A stretch of 62,595 bases of DNA, counting the filler, from an uncultured Methanosarcinales archaeon (GTDB lineage Archaea > Nanobdellota > Nanobdellia > Woesearchaeales > JABMPP01): assembly GCA_964604995.1 (NCBI GenBank). It is 6 parts of 5 records of this genome, joined end to end, with 100 filler letters (N's around TTAATTAATTAA, not from the genome) between each part and the next. Parts side by side here need not be neighbours in the genome. Positions count along the whole stretch, not along the records: positions 9,189 to 14,732 come from CAZSAD010000007.1; positions 14,833 to 45,263 come from CAZSAD010000020.1; 4 more parts are not named here. One strand, written 5' to 3'. This document shows, one piece after another, positions 11,072-22,749 of this stretch (the first letter of the stretch is position 1; the number at the start of each line of letters is the position of its first letter). The notes under the pieces are model-generated. The model did no database searches. It worked only from the letters and a program-made list of their open reading frames with translations, and was not told where the DNA came from. The position numbers and the translations under genes were made by a program.

Positions 11072-11677
11072 ATGAATCTCAAAGAACGTATTTTAATGAT
11101 TGCAATTGCTATTATTTTCGTTTTCTTCGTACATTATGGTATTCAAACTTTTTACGCAGAGCCAAAATATGAACAGTTCTGCAACAATAGTTATTATGCA
11201 AATAAACCATACATTGCAATGCCTGAACCAGCTAATTATTCAATTTGTAAAGCTGCAATTGATGCAGTAAAAGATAAAGAATTACAATGTGGCAAAGATG
11301 GTGGCATGATGCAATATGAACAAGATGATAGAGGATGCCAAATACCAACAACATGTGATTATTGTAATAAATATTATAATGATGCTATGCAAAAATACAA
11401 CAAACAAGTTTTCATTTTTGCAGGTATACTGGGACTTATTGCAGTTTTAGTTGGTGCAATAGTTATATCCTTAGAAAGTGTAGGCTCAGGAATAATGGCG
11501 GGTGGAGTAATCACAATTATTTATGGCACATTAAGATATTGGGGTGATTTGCCTGATGTTGGAAGATTTTTAATACTAGGTTTAGTACTAATTATTTTGG
11601 TTTGGATTGGGTACAAACAATTAAATCCCTCCTTACAAACTAAAAAAAATAAACCAAATAAAAATAAGAAAAAATAA
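11072..11677 (+). CDS. Membrane protein with Cys-containing extracellular loop
   Basis: About 4 TM helices; Cys-rich loop after TM1. Confidence 0.75.
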   Translation: MNLKERILMIAIAIIFVFFVHYGIQTFYAEPKYEQFCNNSYYANKPYIAMPEPANYSICKAAIDAVKDKELQCGKDGGMMQYEQDDRGCQIPTTCDYCNKYYNDAMQKYNKQVFIFAGILGLIAVLVGAIVISLESVGSGIMAGGVITIIYGTLRYWGDLPDVGRFLILGLVLIILVWIGYKQLNPSLQTKKNKPNKNKKK

Positions 11678-11690
11678 TTAGGAATATTCT

Positions 11691-12665
11691 ATGAAACAAA
11701 TTTTTTATCTCTCCGGAGAGCACATTGAAATAGCAAGAGAAGAAGTTTTAGCATTAACTAATCCAAAGGAATTTCATCAGTATGAAAGAATTTTAATTCT
11801 GGATTCGAATAGCATAAATCTTAGTGATAGACTAGCTTATACTCACACAATTTATGATTATTTATTTGAAATTAACATCAAAGATTTGGATAAAACAGTA
11901 GAAAAATACAATTGGCAAAAAATCTACAAAAAAGATTTTTGCGTAAGAATAGTTAATGTTACAAATTTGCCAAATAAAATTAGTGAAAAAAGTTTGGCAA
12001 TTAAAATATGGAAAACTCTAAAAAAACCAAAAGTGAATTTAACTAATTCAAAAACAGAAATAACTTTTTTCTTTATTGGCAATTTAGTTTTTTGCGCAAG
12101 ATTATCAAGTAGAATTGTAAAAGATTTTCAAGAAAGAAGACCACATTTAAGACCTATTTTGCATCCAACATCAATGCACCCAAAACTTGCAAGAGCTTGC
12201 ATTAATTTAACTGGGATTTTAGATAAAAACTCCAAAATAGCAGATTTGCTTTGCGGTTCAGGAGGAATTTTAATAGAAATGGGCCTTATGGGTTTTAAAC
12301 CAATAGGAATTGACAATGATCAAAATATGATCTGGCGCTCTAAAGTTAACTTAGATTATTTTCGAATAAAAGATTATGATTTAAAATGTTCTGACGCGAC
12401 AAAATATTCAAAAAAAATAGAATTTGTAGTCTCGGATTTTCCATATGGTAAAAATACAAAAAAACAGCAGAAAAAAGATTTGGAAAGATTTTATTTAGCA
12501 TTTTTATTAAATTTAAGAAAAATTCTAACAAAAAAAGCAGTAGTGATATTTCCCAGTTTCTCTTCTTACAAATCCATATTAAAAAAATCAAATTTTAAAT
12601 TAGAAAAAGAATTTGTTGTATATATTCATGCATCTCTTAGCAGGAAAATATGTGTAATCTCTTGA
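11691..12665 (+). CDS. THUMP-domain tRNA (guanine-N2) methyltransferase, Trm11/TrmG10 family
   Basis: THUMP-like region, HPTSMHPKLAR, DLLCGSGG, SDFPYG. Confidence 0.88.
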   Translation: MKQIFYLSGEHIEIAREEVLALTNPKEFHQYERILILDSNSINLSDRLAYTHTIYDYLFEINIKDLDKTVEKYNWQKIYKKDFCVRIVNVTNLPNKISEKSLAIKIWKTLKKPKVNLTNSKTEITFFFIGNLVFCARLSSRIVKDFQERRPHLRPILHPTSMHPKLARACINLTGILDKNSKIADLLCGSGGILIEMGLMGFKPIGIDNDQNMIWRSKVNLDYFRIKDYDLKCSDATKYSKKIEFVVSDFPYGKNTKKQQKKDLERFYLAFLLNLRKILTKKAVVIFPSFSSYKSILKKSNFKLEKEFVVYIHASLSRKICVIS

Positions 12666-12723
12666 TTACATTTAAGATATTTTTAAGATAAAAGCACTAA
12701 ATTAGAAAAGACTTTAAAAAGGT

Positions 12724-13203
12724 TTGATTTCTCAAAAGAATATGGTAAATAAAATAAAGAAAAAAGCATCGACAAAAACATATTTAGGGATTTTGCTTGC
12801 ACTAAGCATTTTATCTTTAATTGTATCATTTCTAGTTCATCTTCAAAAAACAACCAATCCGCAGGCATTAGAAACTATTTGCACTGCAACATCTGGCGCA
12901 AATAGCTGTTATACTGTCCAGAATTCAATATATGGCTCAATATTTGGGATTAGTAATGCAATCTTAGGCATGATAGGATTTGGAATTTTAGCTGGTTTAA
13001 TCACATTGCAGTTATATTTCCCTAAAAAGACAATTTTTTATACAATCTTAACTGGTATATTTATTGCAGGTATAAGTGCAATATCTTTACTTTACATTCA
13101 GGCATTTGTACTAAAAGTATACTGTATTTACTGTCTTGTAATCGACCTTTTATCTTTAGTTATGGTAGGAATTTGTTTTATAGTTCTTTCTTTAAAACAT
13201 TAA
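12724..13203 (+). CDS. Vitamin K epoxide reductase (VKOR) family protein
   Basis: C...SCYTVQNSIYGSIFG, CIYC active site, TM helices. Confidence 0.9.
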   Translation: MISQKNMVNKIKKKASTKTYLGILLALSILSLIVSFLVHLQKTTNPQALETICTATSGANSCYTVQNSIYGSIFGISNAILGMIGFGILAGLITLQLYFPKKTIFYTILTGIFIAGISAISLLYIQAFVLKVYCIYCLVIDLLSLVMVGICFIVLSLKH

Positions 13204-13300
13204 ATTAAACATAAGCTTATAATACCCTAAGCTTACTCATATTTGTAGAATATAGCACGTATGTTCTATGGAAAAAATATATAAAACAAGCGAGGTTAAA

Positions 13301-13708
13301 ATGGCAGAATTTAGAAGGGATCACAAACCAAGATCCAGTGGAAGAGATGCAAAAAGGTCATCGGGTAGATTTGGCGGCAGCGAATCAGGAAGATTTGGCG
13401 ATAGGTATTCAAGAAGATCTTCAGATAGAGAAGAAGGTGGATTTGGCGGCAGAGGCGAGAGGCGAAGTAGAGATTCTCCAGTAGAAATGCATGAAGTTAT
13501 CTGCGATAAATGCGGTGAAAAATGCGAAGTCCCATTCAAACCAACAAGTTCCAAGCCAGTTTACTGTTCTGATTGTTTTAGAAAAAATAAAGATTCTGAT
13601 TCCAGAAGCAGTGGACCAAGCAGGGGAAATGATGATATTTCAGCTGAACTAGCTAAAATAAATAAAAAGCTAGACCAAATAATTGCAGCTTTGGAATTAG
13701 AAGAATAA
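13301..13708 (+). CDS. CxxC-x17-CxxC domain protein with R/G/S-rich N-terminus
   Basis: CDKCGEKCEVPFKPTSSKPVYCSDCF; GAGGT RBS before ATG at 13301. Confidence 0.9.
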   Translation: MAEFRRDHKPRSSGRDAKRSSGRFGGSESGRFGDRYSRRSSDREEGGFGGRGERRSRDSPVEMHEVICDKCGEKCEVPFKPTSSKPVYCSDCFRKNKDSDSRSSGPSRGNDDISAELAKINKKLDQIIAALELEE

Positions 13709-13826
13709 ATTTATTTTTAATTTTATTTTCTTGTTTTTCTTTATTGATACTATTCTTAACTAAATGGAGTTATTTAAATATAATTCTCATCAAATTTAGG
13801 TAGTGACAAATTAAAAAAAGCTTCAG

Positions 13827-14573
13827 TTACTTTTGAACAAGTAAACTAAAAAAGTCATTTATGTACTTGACATCATTTGATTTTAATTTTGCATATTTTT
13901 CTCCGAGTTGATGCGCCTTACTTTGACCATGGTTAACGAAATCTCCCGTACTGATGCTTTCAAATTCTGATTTGAATAAATAATGTCCAAATTCATGACC
14001 TAATGCTTCAAAAAATATATCCCAGCTGCCATTTTTTGCTGGAGAATATTCGTTAGGTAAATTTCGTGATACTAAAATACTTAAAATTGCATCTCCAATT
14101 AAAATATTTTTATCTATCCACATACTGTTAGAATCCTTGCAATAAGCACTGTTTACTGAAACATTGTTTAAAAGACATTGTCTTTTAAATGATTCTCCTC
14201 TTTTAAGTTCTGCTTCAGTTCCGGATATGTACCCAGATTTAAATTTATCATTTGGTAAATATAATATCGATTTATTAGATAGCTCTTGTGCTTTCTTTTG
14301 TTTTAATAAGAATAATTGATCTTCTGAATAAATTGAAGTGCCATTACCATACATTAGAAATGGCAGTTCATCATAAAATGGATCACAACTATCCCCAATA
14401 TCAGCTTTAATATTTTCCATTAAGGTGTAACTATTTATAAATATTTCACGAAGAACATTTTCTGAAGTAGTTGTTATTTTAAAATAGTCCAATGTGTCTT
14501 GTATTCTTTTTATAAATCCTTCCGTCCAAAATGCTTTGCTAGCTTCAAATTTTTGATTTAATGTTAAATCCAT
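13827..14573 (-). CDS. Hypothetical protein with HEXXH motif
   Basis: ALGHEFGHYL. Confidence 0.55.
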   Translation of the reverse strand: MDLTLNQKFEASKAFWTEGFIKRIQDTLDYFKITTTSENVLREIFINSYTLMENIKADIGDSCDPFYDELPFLMYGNGTSIYSEDQLFLLKQKKAQELSNKSILYLPNDKFKSGYISGTEAELKRGESFKRQCLLNNVSVNSAYCKDSNSMWIDKNILIGDAILSILVSRNLPNEYSPAKNGSWDIFFEALGHEFGHYLFKSEFESISTGDFVNHGQSKAHQLGEKYAKLKSNDVKYINDFFSLLVQK

Positions 14574-14732
14574 AGCTACTAATATTTTAGCTGGGTTTAT
14601 AAGTTTTTCGTTTTATTACTACTATCAAGAGACAATAATACTAAAATATATTCAAACCGAAAAAAGATAGTTGCTTATTCTTTTCAAGAATTTTAGCATA
14701 ATGTTTTAATTTCTTTCTTATTAAATTTTTAT

Positions 14733-14832
14733 NNNNNNNNNNNNNNNNNNNNNNNNNNNNNNNNNNNNNNNNNNNNTTAATTAATTAANNNNNNNNNNNN
14801 NNNNNNNNNNNNNNNNNNNNNNNNNNNNNNNN
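14733..14832. other. Artificial contig linker
   Basis: N-TTAATTAATTAA-N. Confidence 0.99.
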
Positions 14833-14911
14833 TTATTGCAACATATAATAAATATATTTTAATAAATGTTTTAATATAAAAAATAAAAAATAAATTTTAT
14901 TTAATTATAAA

Positions 14912-16306
14912 TTATATAACTTGTTCCTTTTTCTTTTTGTAATATTGTTTTTTAAGTTCATCTTTAATTCTTGTAATTTCTCTTTCTGGCATCTCTGAGA
15001 GTAAATCCCAAGCTGTTGATAAAGTATCTGTATCAATTGCTCTATCCTCTCTTTTATTTTGCCTAACGAACTTATCTTCATACTCTGCTGCAAATTTCAA
15101 AAGTCTTTTATCTCTATCTGACAAAGCTTCCTCACCAACAATTGCAACAAGTCCTCTTAAGTCTCTGCCTTCGGCATAGTTTGCATAAAGCTGGTCAGAT
15201 ACTTGTTTGTGATCTTCTCTTGTTTTGCCTTTTCCAATTCCTAAATTCATAAGTCTTGATAGTGATGGCAAAACATCAATTGGTGGATAAATTCCTTTCA
15301 TGTGTAATTCTCTTGAAAGAACAATTTGACCTTCTGTAATGTATCCTGTCAAATCAGGAATTGGATGGGTAATATCATCACCAACCATTGTTAAAATTGG
15401 TAACTGTGTTATACTTCCTTTTTTTCCTTTAATCATTCCTGCTCTTTCATAAATTGATGCAAGGTCAGTATACATGTATCCAGGATATCCTCTTCTTCCG
15501 GGGATTTCTTCTCTTGCTGCGCCAATTTCTCTTAAAGATTCACAGTAGTTTGTCATGTCAGTTAAAATAACAAGAACGTGCATATCTTGTTCATATGCAA
15601 GATATTCTGCTGCAGTGAGTGCCATCTTTGGTGTGATTAATCTTTCAACTGCAGGATCATCAGCTAGATTCAAAAAAACTACGCTTCTTTCAAGTGCACC
15701 TGTTTCTTCAAAATCTTTGATAAAGTATTGTGCTTCTTCATTTGTAATTCCCATTGCTGCAAAAACTACAACGAATTTTTCTTTTTGTCCAATAACTTTT
15801 GCCTGTCTTGCAATTTGCAAAGCGATTTCATTATGTGGAAGTCCACTTCCTGAAAAAATTGGCAGTTTTTGTCCTCTGACTAATGTATTCATACAATCAA
15901 TTGTTGAAATTCCTGTTTGAATAAAATCAGCTGGACTTGCTCTAGCATAAGGATTAATCGCAGCACCAGTAATATCTAATTTTTTATCCGGAATTATTTC
16001 AGGACCTCCATCAATTGGTTTTCCTGCACCATTCAAAATTCTCCCCATCATATCAAGTGATACTGATAGTTTTATATTTTCTCCAAGAAATTTCACAGTT
16101 GAACTTCTATCTATCCCAGAAGTTCCTTCGAAAACTTGTACAACTACAATATCATCACTTGTATCCAATACTTGTCCATTTTTGATTTTACCATCTGGTA
16201 ATTTTATTTGTACTAGATCAGCATAACCAATAGGCTCTGTTTTTTTTACAAAAACAAGTGGACCTGCAACCCTTGAAATTGTTCTATATTCTTTCATTAC
16301 AATCAC
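14912..16306 (-). CDS. atpB: A/V-type ATP synthase subunit B
   Basis: [41 protein letters not shown]. Confidence 0.97.
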   Translation of the reverse strand: MIVMKEYRTISRVAGPLVFVKKTEPIGYADLVQIKLPDGKIKNGQVLDTSDDIVVVQVFEGTSGIDRSSTVKFLGENIKLSVSLDMMGRILNGAGKPIDGGPEIIPDKKLDITGAAINPYARASPADFIQTGISTIDCMNTLVRGQKLPIFSGSGLPHNEIALQIARQAKVIGQKEKFVVVFAAMGITNEEAQYFIKDFEETGALERSVVFLNLADDPAVERLITPKMALTAAEYLAYEQDMHVLVILTDMTNYCESLREIGAAREEIPGRRGYPGYMYTDLASIYERAGMIKGKKGSITQLPILTMVGDDITHPIPDLTGYITEGQIVLSRELHMKGIYPPIDVLPSLSRLMNLGIGKGKTREDHKQVSDQLYANYAEGRDLRGLVAIVGEEALSDRDKRLLKFAAEYEDKFVRQNKREDRAIDTDTLSTAWDLLSEMPEREITRIKDELKKQYYKKKKEQVI

Positions 16307-16349
16307 CTTTGTTGAATGTTATTAATTATATTAATTATCAACTATTGTT

Positions 16350-18098
16350 TTATACTTTCATTTTCTGGAACTCTGCATCCATTTCCTTTCTAACACTATC
16401 AAGAAGATTTTTGTAATCTTTCTCGAATTTTGCATTAGCAATTCTATCTTTTGCCTTTGAATCAAGTATAGTTCTTATCCTAACTCCTCTCTCAAGAGTT
16501 TTTCCTGCAACATCATTAAAATATACAATAAGTTCCATTAGTGCATATGTTTTTTGAAGTTCGCAGTAAGTATCAACATCGTGAAATGCGTTTTGCTGTA
16601 AGATATTTTCTCTTAGCATTCTTGCTGTTTCCAAAAGCAATTGTTGTTTTTCAGGAAGTGCATCTGAGCCAACAAGTTGTACAATTTCCATAAGTTTATC
16701 TTCTTCACTTAGAATAGTTGATATTTTTGTAATATATTCTCTCCAATCTTTTGCAACATTTTGTGCAAACCATGGTGCAAGAGTATCAAGATACAAACTA
16801 TATGATGTTAACCAGTTAATACTTGGAAAATGTCTTCTTTGTGCAAGTTTTGCATCAAGTGCCCAGAATGTTTTTGTTACTCTAAGAGTTGATTGTGTAA
16901 CAGGTTCAGAGAAATCTCCACCTGGTGGGGATACTGCTCCAATTACTGAAACACTCCCTTCCTTATCTGTTCCAAGTGGCAATATTCTTCCTGCTCTTTC
17001 ATAAAATTCAGCAAGTCTTGTAGATAGATAAGCAGGATAACCTTCTTCTCCTGGCATCTCTTCTAATCTTGATGAAATTTCCCTCATGGCTTCAGCCCAT
17101 CTAGAAGTTGAATCTGCCATTAATGCTACATCAAATCCCATGTCTCTATAATATTCGGCTATGGTAATTCCAGTATAAATTGAAGCTTCTCTAGCTGCAA
17201 CTGGCATATTTGAAGTATTCGCAATAAGAACAGTTCTATTCATAAGAGGTCTTCCTGTTTTTGGATCTGTTAAATGTGGAAATTCTGAAAGAACTTCAGT
17301 CATTTCATTTCCTCTCTCCCCACAACCAACATAAACAATAATATCAGCATCACACCATTTAGCAAGTGTTTGCTGTGTAACTGTTTTTCCTGCGCCAAAT
17401 GGACCTGGAATTGCTGCAGTTCCGCCTTTTGCAAGTGGGAATAAAGCATCAAAAATTCTTTGGCCTGTAATTAATGGCATACTAGGTGCTAATTTTTTGC
17501 GTGATGGTCTTGATTTTCTAACTGGCCATTTTTGCATAATTGTAATTTCTTTACCATTTTCAAGAACAACAACAATTTCATCAACTGTAAATTTACCACT
17601 TTTTATTTCAGAAATTTTACCAGATACTCCAATTGGTACCATAACTTTATGAATAATTCCAGTTGTTTCTTCAATTTCACCAATAAAGTCTCCTTCCTTT
17701 ACTTCTTGTCCTTTTTTAGCAATTGCTTTAAAATCCCATTTTTTATTATGATCTAAACCAGGTGCATCTACTCCTCTTTTAATAAAATCTCCCATCTGCT
17801 CTTTTAAAACTGGAAGAGGTCTTTGAATACCGTCGTAAATACTTGTAAGTAAACCAGGTCCTAATTCAACTGAAAGAGGAAGCCCAGTATTTTCAACAGG
17901 TTCACCAGGTTTTAGACCAGTTGTATCTTCGTAAACTTGAATAGTTGTATTTTCACCATCAATTTGAATAACTTCTCCCATCAATCTTTCGTTTCCGACA
18001 CGAACAATATCAAACATCCTAGCATTGATACTACGAGCGACAACTACTGGACCTGCAATCCTGTATAGTACGCCTTTATCTGTTTGTTTTTCAGCCAT
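16350..18098 (-). CDS. atpA: A/V-type ATP synthase subunit A, no intein
   Basis: [35 protein letters not shown]. Confidence 0.98.
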   Translation of the reverse strand: MAEKQTDKGVLYRIAGPVVVARSINARMFDIVRVGNERLMGEVIQIDGENTTIQVYEDTTGLKPGEPVENTGLPLSVELGPGLLTSIYDGIQRPLPVLKEQMGDFIKRGVDAPGLDHNKKWDFKAIAKKGQEVKEGDFIGEIEETTGIIHKVMVPIGVSGKISEIKSGKFTVDEIVVVLENGKEITIMQKWPVRKSRPSRKKLAPSMPLITGQRIFDALFPLAKGGTAAIPGPFGAGKTVTQQTLAKWCDADIIVYVGCGERGNEMTEVLSEFPHLTDPKTGRPLMNRTVLIANTSNMPVAAREASIYTGITIAEYYRDMGFDVALMADSTSRWAEAMREISSRLEEMPGEEGYPAYLSTRLAEFYERAGRILPLGTDKEGSVSVIGAVSPPGGDFSEPVTQSTLRVTKTFWALDAKLAQRRHFPSINWLTSYSLYLDTLAPWFAQNVAKDWREYITKISTILSEEDKLMEIVQLVGSDALPEKQQLLLETARMLRENILQQNAFHDVDTYCELQKTYALMELIVYFNDVAGKTLERGVRIRTILDSKAKDRIANAKFEKDYKNLLDSVRKEMDAEFQKMKV

Positions 18099-18155
18099 AA
18101 TTCCACCTTTGTTTTATTTTACGAAAATAGTTATTATTTTCTAACAATTATAATT

Positions 18156-18470
18156 CTAATTATTGTCCTCTGAACTCCACAAGTCAATTCCTATTGATTT
18201 TCTAATCATTTTTCTTAAACTATCTGAACTTGCTCCTTCGGATATGACAATCACAACTGGTTTAACACTAGATTCTATTTCATTTCTATCATGCTCTTCT
18301 AATTTAGATAAAATAGATTCTTCAGTTATGATAATTCCAATATTTTCCATTGACATTATTTCTTTTAATTTTTTGTAAGGATCATCATTAATTTCAAAAG
18401 TGTGTCTAATACCTGTTAACTGGAATCCTAAAATAAATTTTTGTTCTCCAACAACTGCAATATCAAACAT
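18156..18470 (-). CDS. atpF: A/V-type ATP synthase subunit F
   Basis: IAVVG..FILGFQLTG, IRKSIGIDL; operon position. Confidence 0.92.
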   Translation of the reverse strand: MFDIAVVGEQKFILGFQLTGIRHTFEINDDPYKKLKEIMSMENIGIIITEESILSKLEEHDRNEIESSVKPVVIVISEGASSDSLRKMIRKSIGIDLWSSEDNN

Positions 18471-18550
18471 TTTTTCACCTTATTTTAAATATTTTTTATC
18501 ATCATTTCTTTTGTCATTTTTCATTATAATTTTATTGTATAATTTATATT

Positions 18551-19684
18551 TCATACAACTATTTCAGATTCTATAAATTTTTCATCTAAACCTAGTTCTT
18601 TTCCTTTTATTAATTTCAAAAGATTTTGAATTTCTATTTCCTTGGCAAACATATACCCAAGAATTGTATTAATGGAAAGAGGATGCTGATGAACAAAGAG
18701 TATTGCTCTTTCAAGCATTGATTTTGAAAGCATTCTTTCAAATTCGGTTAATGATTTTTTTTCTTTGTACACTTCAATACATTTACCATAAATTTTTTTT
18801 GTGGATTTATTTGTAATATGATCCAATACATTTTCAATATGTTTTGCATCTATAAATTTATGAACTAAATGATCATATTCTCTATGTCCGGTCCAAAAAA
18901 TAAATTTTTTGATTTCGTCTTTATTTAATCCTTCTTTAAGAAGTCTAACAACTGTTAGAATATTAAGGGTTTCTATTTGAGATAATAAAAATTTCCTAAA
19001 TAAATCTCCTTCTCCAAATAATCTTTCAATAAAATCCAATATTTTTTGATTATGATATTTATCAAGAGCATTTTCAAGTTCATGTAATTCCCCTTTTTCT
19101 TTTAATGCTTCAATGTATTTTTGAAAAGGTTTGTATTCAAAACCTGAATCAAATACTGCAACTGCTTTAATCAATTCATCAACTGAATCTTTTTTAATAA
19201 GTTCTAAAAGAATTTCCTCATTTAATTTGCCTGCTGGAATTAAAAGTTTAGATAAATAAGATTTGTCTGTTTTAGTATAAATTCCTCTAACTAAAGTTTT
19301 TATATTTATTAGGTCATATTTAGATAAGTAGATATCAATGAGTTTATTTAGTTCAGCTGATGATATTTTTTTTAATTTTCTAAATGATTTAACTAAATTT
19401 TTTAGTAATGCAATTTCTAATAATTCAACTCCATTATATTTCATTGCGAGTTCGTCAATTTCAGATTTATATTCTGTATCTTGTAAAAATTTTGCAATCT
19501 CAGAAAAAGACATTTTGAGTAGTTTATCATAATCGTGTTTATTCAAAAGTTTAGTCCTCATAACATTTACTCTAACATAAGTATAAGGATACATACCTTC
19601 AAGTCTTATTTTTTCTTCTTTTTGTGTTTGAATGTTTATTGTGTCCATTTTATTAGGTTTTATTGTGTTTACTAAATTTTTCAA
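18551..19684 (-). CDS. atpC: A/V-type ATP synthase subunit C (exact start uncertain)
   Basis: YPYTYVRVNVMRTKLL, HPLSINTILGY..KEIEIQNL. Confidence 0.9.
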   Translation of the reverse strand: MKNLVNTIKPNKMDTINIQTQKEEKIRLEGMYPYTYVRVNVMRTKLLNKHDYDKLLKMSFSEIAKFLQDTEYKSEIDELAMKYNGVELLEIALLKNLVKSFRKLKKISSAELNKLIDIYLSKYDLINIKTLVRGIYTKTDKSYLSKLLIPAGKLNEEILLELIKKDSVDELIKAVAVFDSGFEYKPFQKYIEALKEKGELHELENALDKYHNQKILDFIERLFGEGDLFRKFLLSQIETLNILTVVRLLKEGLNKDEIKKFIFWTGHREYDHLVHKFIDAKHIENVLDHITNKSTKKIYGKCIEVYKEKKSLTEFERMLSKSMLERAILFVHQHPLSINTILGYMFAKEIEIQNLLKLIKGKELGLDEKFIESEIVV

Positions 19685-19805
19685 AGTTTAGTTAATCTAA
19701 ATTGAAATTGATATTACTAAATCTATCTAGTTAATTGCAAAAAGCATTGAACCATTTTTGAAAGGTTTTAGTTGTAAAGTACCCAAATATGATTTTTAAC
19801 TTAAT

Positions 19806-20351
19806 TTAATTAAATAATACTTTAACAACTTCTCCTATTGTTTTGTTCTTAACTGTATCGAGCAAAGTATCATAGCTATAATCAATTCTCATTGTTTTTT
19901 CTTTATTTTCTGCCATAAACCCGCCGATTATATCTGCACTTAACCAGGAATAATTTTTAACAAAAGCTTTGTCTTTTTTATTGATGTATAGAGTAGATAT
20001 TTCTATTTCAGATACTGCTTTTGCTAGCAATTTCTCAAATATTTGTTTATTTTTATCAACACTTAATGCAATTATTTGCCCTTTAGATTCTTCAAAAACT
20101 TTATTGATTAATTCTTGTTTTTTATCTAAAAGCTGTTTTTTAACTTCAAAATTTGCTTTTGCAATCCCTTTTCTTTCTACATTTAAGATGGTTTTTTCAG
20201 TTTCTAAACTAAGTGCTTTTTGCATTTCTTTTATCTTAGATTTAGTTTCATCTAAGATTTTTGCAGCTTCCTGATTCGCAGTTTCTTCTATGCTTTCTGC
20301 TTGCTTATTTGCTTTTTCTATTATTTCCAATCTTAATTCTTCAAGACCCAT
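19806..20351 (-). CDS. atpE: A/V-type ATP synthase subunit E
   Basis: MGLEEL, coiled-coil N-terminus, IIGG..RIDYSYD. Confidence 0.9.
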   Translation of the reverse strand: MGLEELRLEIIEKANKQAESIEETANQEAAKILDETKSKIKEMQKALSLETEKTILNVERKGIAKANFEVKKQLLDKKQELINKVFEESKGQIIALSVDKNKQIFEKLLAKAVSEIEISTLYINKKDKAFVKNYSWLSADIIGGFMAENKEKTMRIDYSYDTLLDTVKNKTIGEVVKVLFN

Positions 20352-20498
20352 TTTTCACCACATCTACTTAAGTATAATTGTATATAGGCAACAATATGAA
20401 CAACGAACTTAATTTACAATGAATTTACTTGTTACATATTTTTTATTTGTTGCACTAAAACCATTATACAAAATGTGATAATTAAAATTCGCCAAAGC

Positions 20499-20735
20499 TT
20501 ATGCTGCTCCGGCAAGTCCAATTATCATAATAGCTACTACTAGGCCGAAAATTACTAGTGTTTCTGGGATGACTGTTAAAATCAAACCCTTACCAAACAA
20601 ATTCTCATTTTCTGCCATTGCACCTATGGCTGCTGTACCAATTGCTTTTTCTGCCATTGCTGCTGCAATTGCGCTAACGCCAATTGCTACTGCTGCAGAT
20701 AAAGCAATCAAACCTGTTGCTAATTCTACTACCAT
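20499..20735 (-). CDS. atpK: A/V-type ATP synthase proteolipid subunit K/c, single hairpin
   Basis: AEKAIGTAAIGAMAE...GKGLILTVIPET. Confidence 0.95.
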   Translation of the reverse strand: MVVELATGLIALSAAVAIGVSAIAAAMAEKAIGTAAIGAMAENENLFGKGLILTVIPETLVIFGLVVAIMIIGLAGAA

Positions 20736-20772
20736 TTTTTTCCCTCCATTTCTTTAATTAAATATCACATCT

Positions 20773-22686
20773 TTAGTCAGTTTCTTCTTTCTGACCAAAT
20801 GGACTATAAGCTATTCCTCCACCCTCAAAAAATTTGGTGAAAAATTCTACATAATGTAACCTTAATGAATGTAAAAATGGACCAATTATTCCAAGTCCAA
20901 TATTAATTAAATGACCAATGATAAGGAGTAATACAGCCCATAAAATTCCAATTCCTCCTTGATGAAAAAATTCACCTGCAAATTCATTTATAACTTCTGC
21001 AAGTTTTACTGAAGCCACACCAAGTGCCATAAGTCTTGCATAGGAAAGAATATTGCTAAATATAGAAGGTAATTCTATTAATCCTTTTACCCCTTCACCA
21101 AGCCATAAAAAGATAATAGATACAACTCCTAAAGCTACTCCTGCCCACACATTTACAAAATAACCAACTGCGATTGCAACTTGAAGAAGTATCCAACTCA
21201 TTTTTTCATAAACTGCTTTCATAAAACCATGTTGATGCCAAATATTGTAAAAACCAATTAATAATGCAAGATTAATATGTATAATTCCAATTACAATTGC
21301 CCAAGTTAAAAGATCCATTATCTGCACTGACCTACTTAGTAAATGCCATAAGTGTATTGATCCTATTTGTTCATATCCAAAAAATTCTCCGAAAATAAAT
21401 CCAAAAAATATAGTCATTATTGATGCAGCAATTAAAATATTAAAAAATCCTTTAGCTTTAGGCATAGTCCATTTAAGTATCAAAAATAAAATTAGGGTTA
21501 TAATTCCATATCCAATATCACCCAACATAAAACCAAAGAATAATGGAAAAGTTAAGAATATAAAAAAAGTTGGGTCTATTTCATGAAATTTTGGAAGCGA
21601 ATAAAGATGCATTAACATCTCAAAAGATTTTACAGATTTAGGATTGTCAAGTTGTATAGGAACAGAATCATGCGAATGTGGTTGTGTTGTTTCATAGTAT
21701 AATTTATCTTTTGTGATTCTTCTTATTTCAGAAATTACATAATCGACTTTATCAGCAGGAATCCATCCTGAAGCAATAAAAGTTTCATCAGTTGATGCAA
21801 ATTTCAAAGGCACTTCTGCTTTTTCAGATTCAACAACCACAAATTTCTCAGCACTATTTAAGTAGTCTATATATTTTTTAGAAAATAAAGACATCTTTTC
21901 AGATTGTTTTTCTTTTTTTTGTTCAAGTAATAATATATGATCTTCGATACTTTTGGTGTTAGTACTCTCAAACTCTTTTCTTTTTTGATGTTCTAATTGC
22001 AACTCAGATAAATCAATTGCAATAAATTTATGTTGTTCAAGAATAGGTGTTATTTTTTGTTTTGAATTATTATCAATAAATACTGCAACAATATGTTTAC
22101 CTTCAATTAAACTTGTTTTTATATATACATTTGAAGTTGCTGCTCTTAGACTATTTGCAAACTCTTGAGCTTTTTCAACATAACCTACAAAATAAGTTAA
22201 TGTTTCATATGCTTCTAAAGAATTTAAATTAAGTTCCAATTTTTTTAAAATATGCATTTTTGAAAGCAAACTTTTATTTTTTTTGATCTCTGTTTCAATA
22301 TCTCTATAATGTTGAAGAGTTGTTGATATCTCTTCATGTAGTTTAACAACTTCAACAAGAATTGTTGGTAAGGATAATTCTTCAGATTTTATTTTTTGCT
22401 TATATTTAGAATCTTGTTTATGTTTTGAATTTTTTATGATTTCTTGATTTTTATTTAAATTCATAAATTCTTTACTTTTAAGAAGACTAATAAGTGATCT
22501 TATTTTTACTAAAGAATCAGATAATTGGAATGCATTACTAATTGGTTTACCAATATCTAGATCGAAACTTTTTGAATGTTCTATAATATGTAAAGCACCT
22601 AAAGAATACAATTTTTGGATAACTGTAGCTTGATAACTTTTTGCAGCTATTAGTTTTACTTTGGTCATCTTCTTTGGATGTAACAT
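20773..22686 (-). CDS. atpI: A/V-type ATP synthase subunit I/a
   Basis: DPT..FFGFMLGDIGYG, SYARLMALG, LRLHYVEFF. Confidence 0.96.
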   Translation of the reverse strand: MLHPKKMTKVKLIAAKSYQATVIQKLYSLGALHIIEHSKSFDLDIGKPISNAFQLSDSLVKIRSLISLLKSKEFMNLNKNQEIIKNSKHKQDSKYKQKIKSEELSLPTILVEVVKLHEEISTTLQHYRDIETEIKKNKSLLSKMHILKKLELNLNSLEAYETLTYFVGYVEKAQEFANSLRAATSNVYIKTSLIEGKHIVAVFIDNNSKQKITPILEQHKFIAIDLSELQLEHQKRKEFESTNTKSIEDHILLLEQKKEKQSEKMSLFSKKYIDYLNSAEKFVVVESEKAEVPLKFASTDETFIASGWIPADKVDYVISEIRRITKDKLYYETTQPHSHDSVPIQLDNPKSVKSFEMLMHLYSLPKFHEIDPTFFIFLTFPLFFGFMLGDIGYGIITLILFLILKWTMPKAKGFFNILIAASIMTIFFGFIFGEFFGYEQIGSIHLWHLLSRSVQIMDLLTWAIVIGIIHINLALLIGFYNIWHQHGFMKAVYEKMSWILLQVAIAVGYFVNVWAGVALGVVSIIFLWLGEGVKGLIELPSIFSNILSYARLMALGVASVKLAEVINEFAGEFFHQGGIGILWAVLLLIIGHLINIGLGIIGPFLHSLRLHYVEFFTKFFEGGGIAYSPFGQKEETD

Positions 22687-22749
22687 TTATATCACTTCAG
22701 TATTAATCATGTTCTATTTTAATTGTATTATATTCAATTTTATTAATAT

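Noticed and set aside
14833..14911. Apparent loss of ATP synthase subunit D
   Set aside because: The contig ends about 80 bp after atpB, so D may lie on another contig
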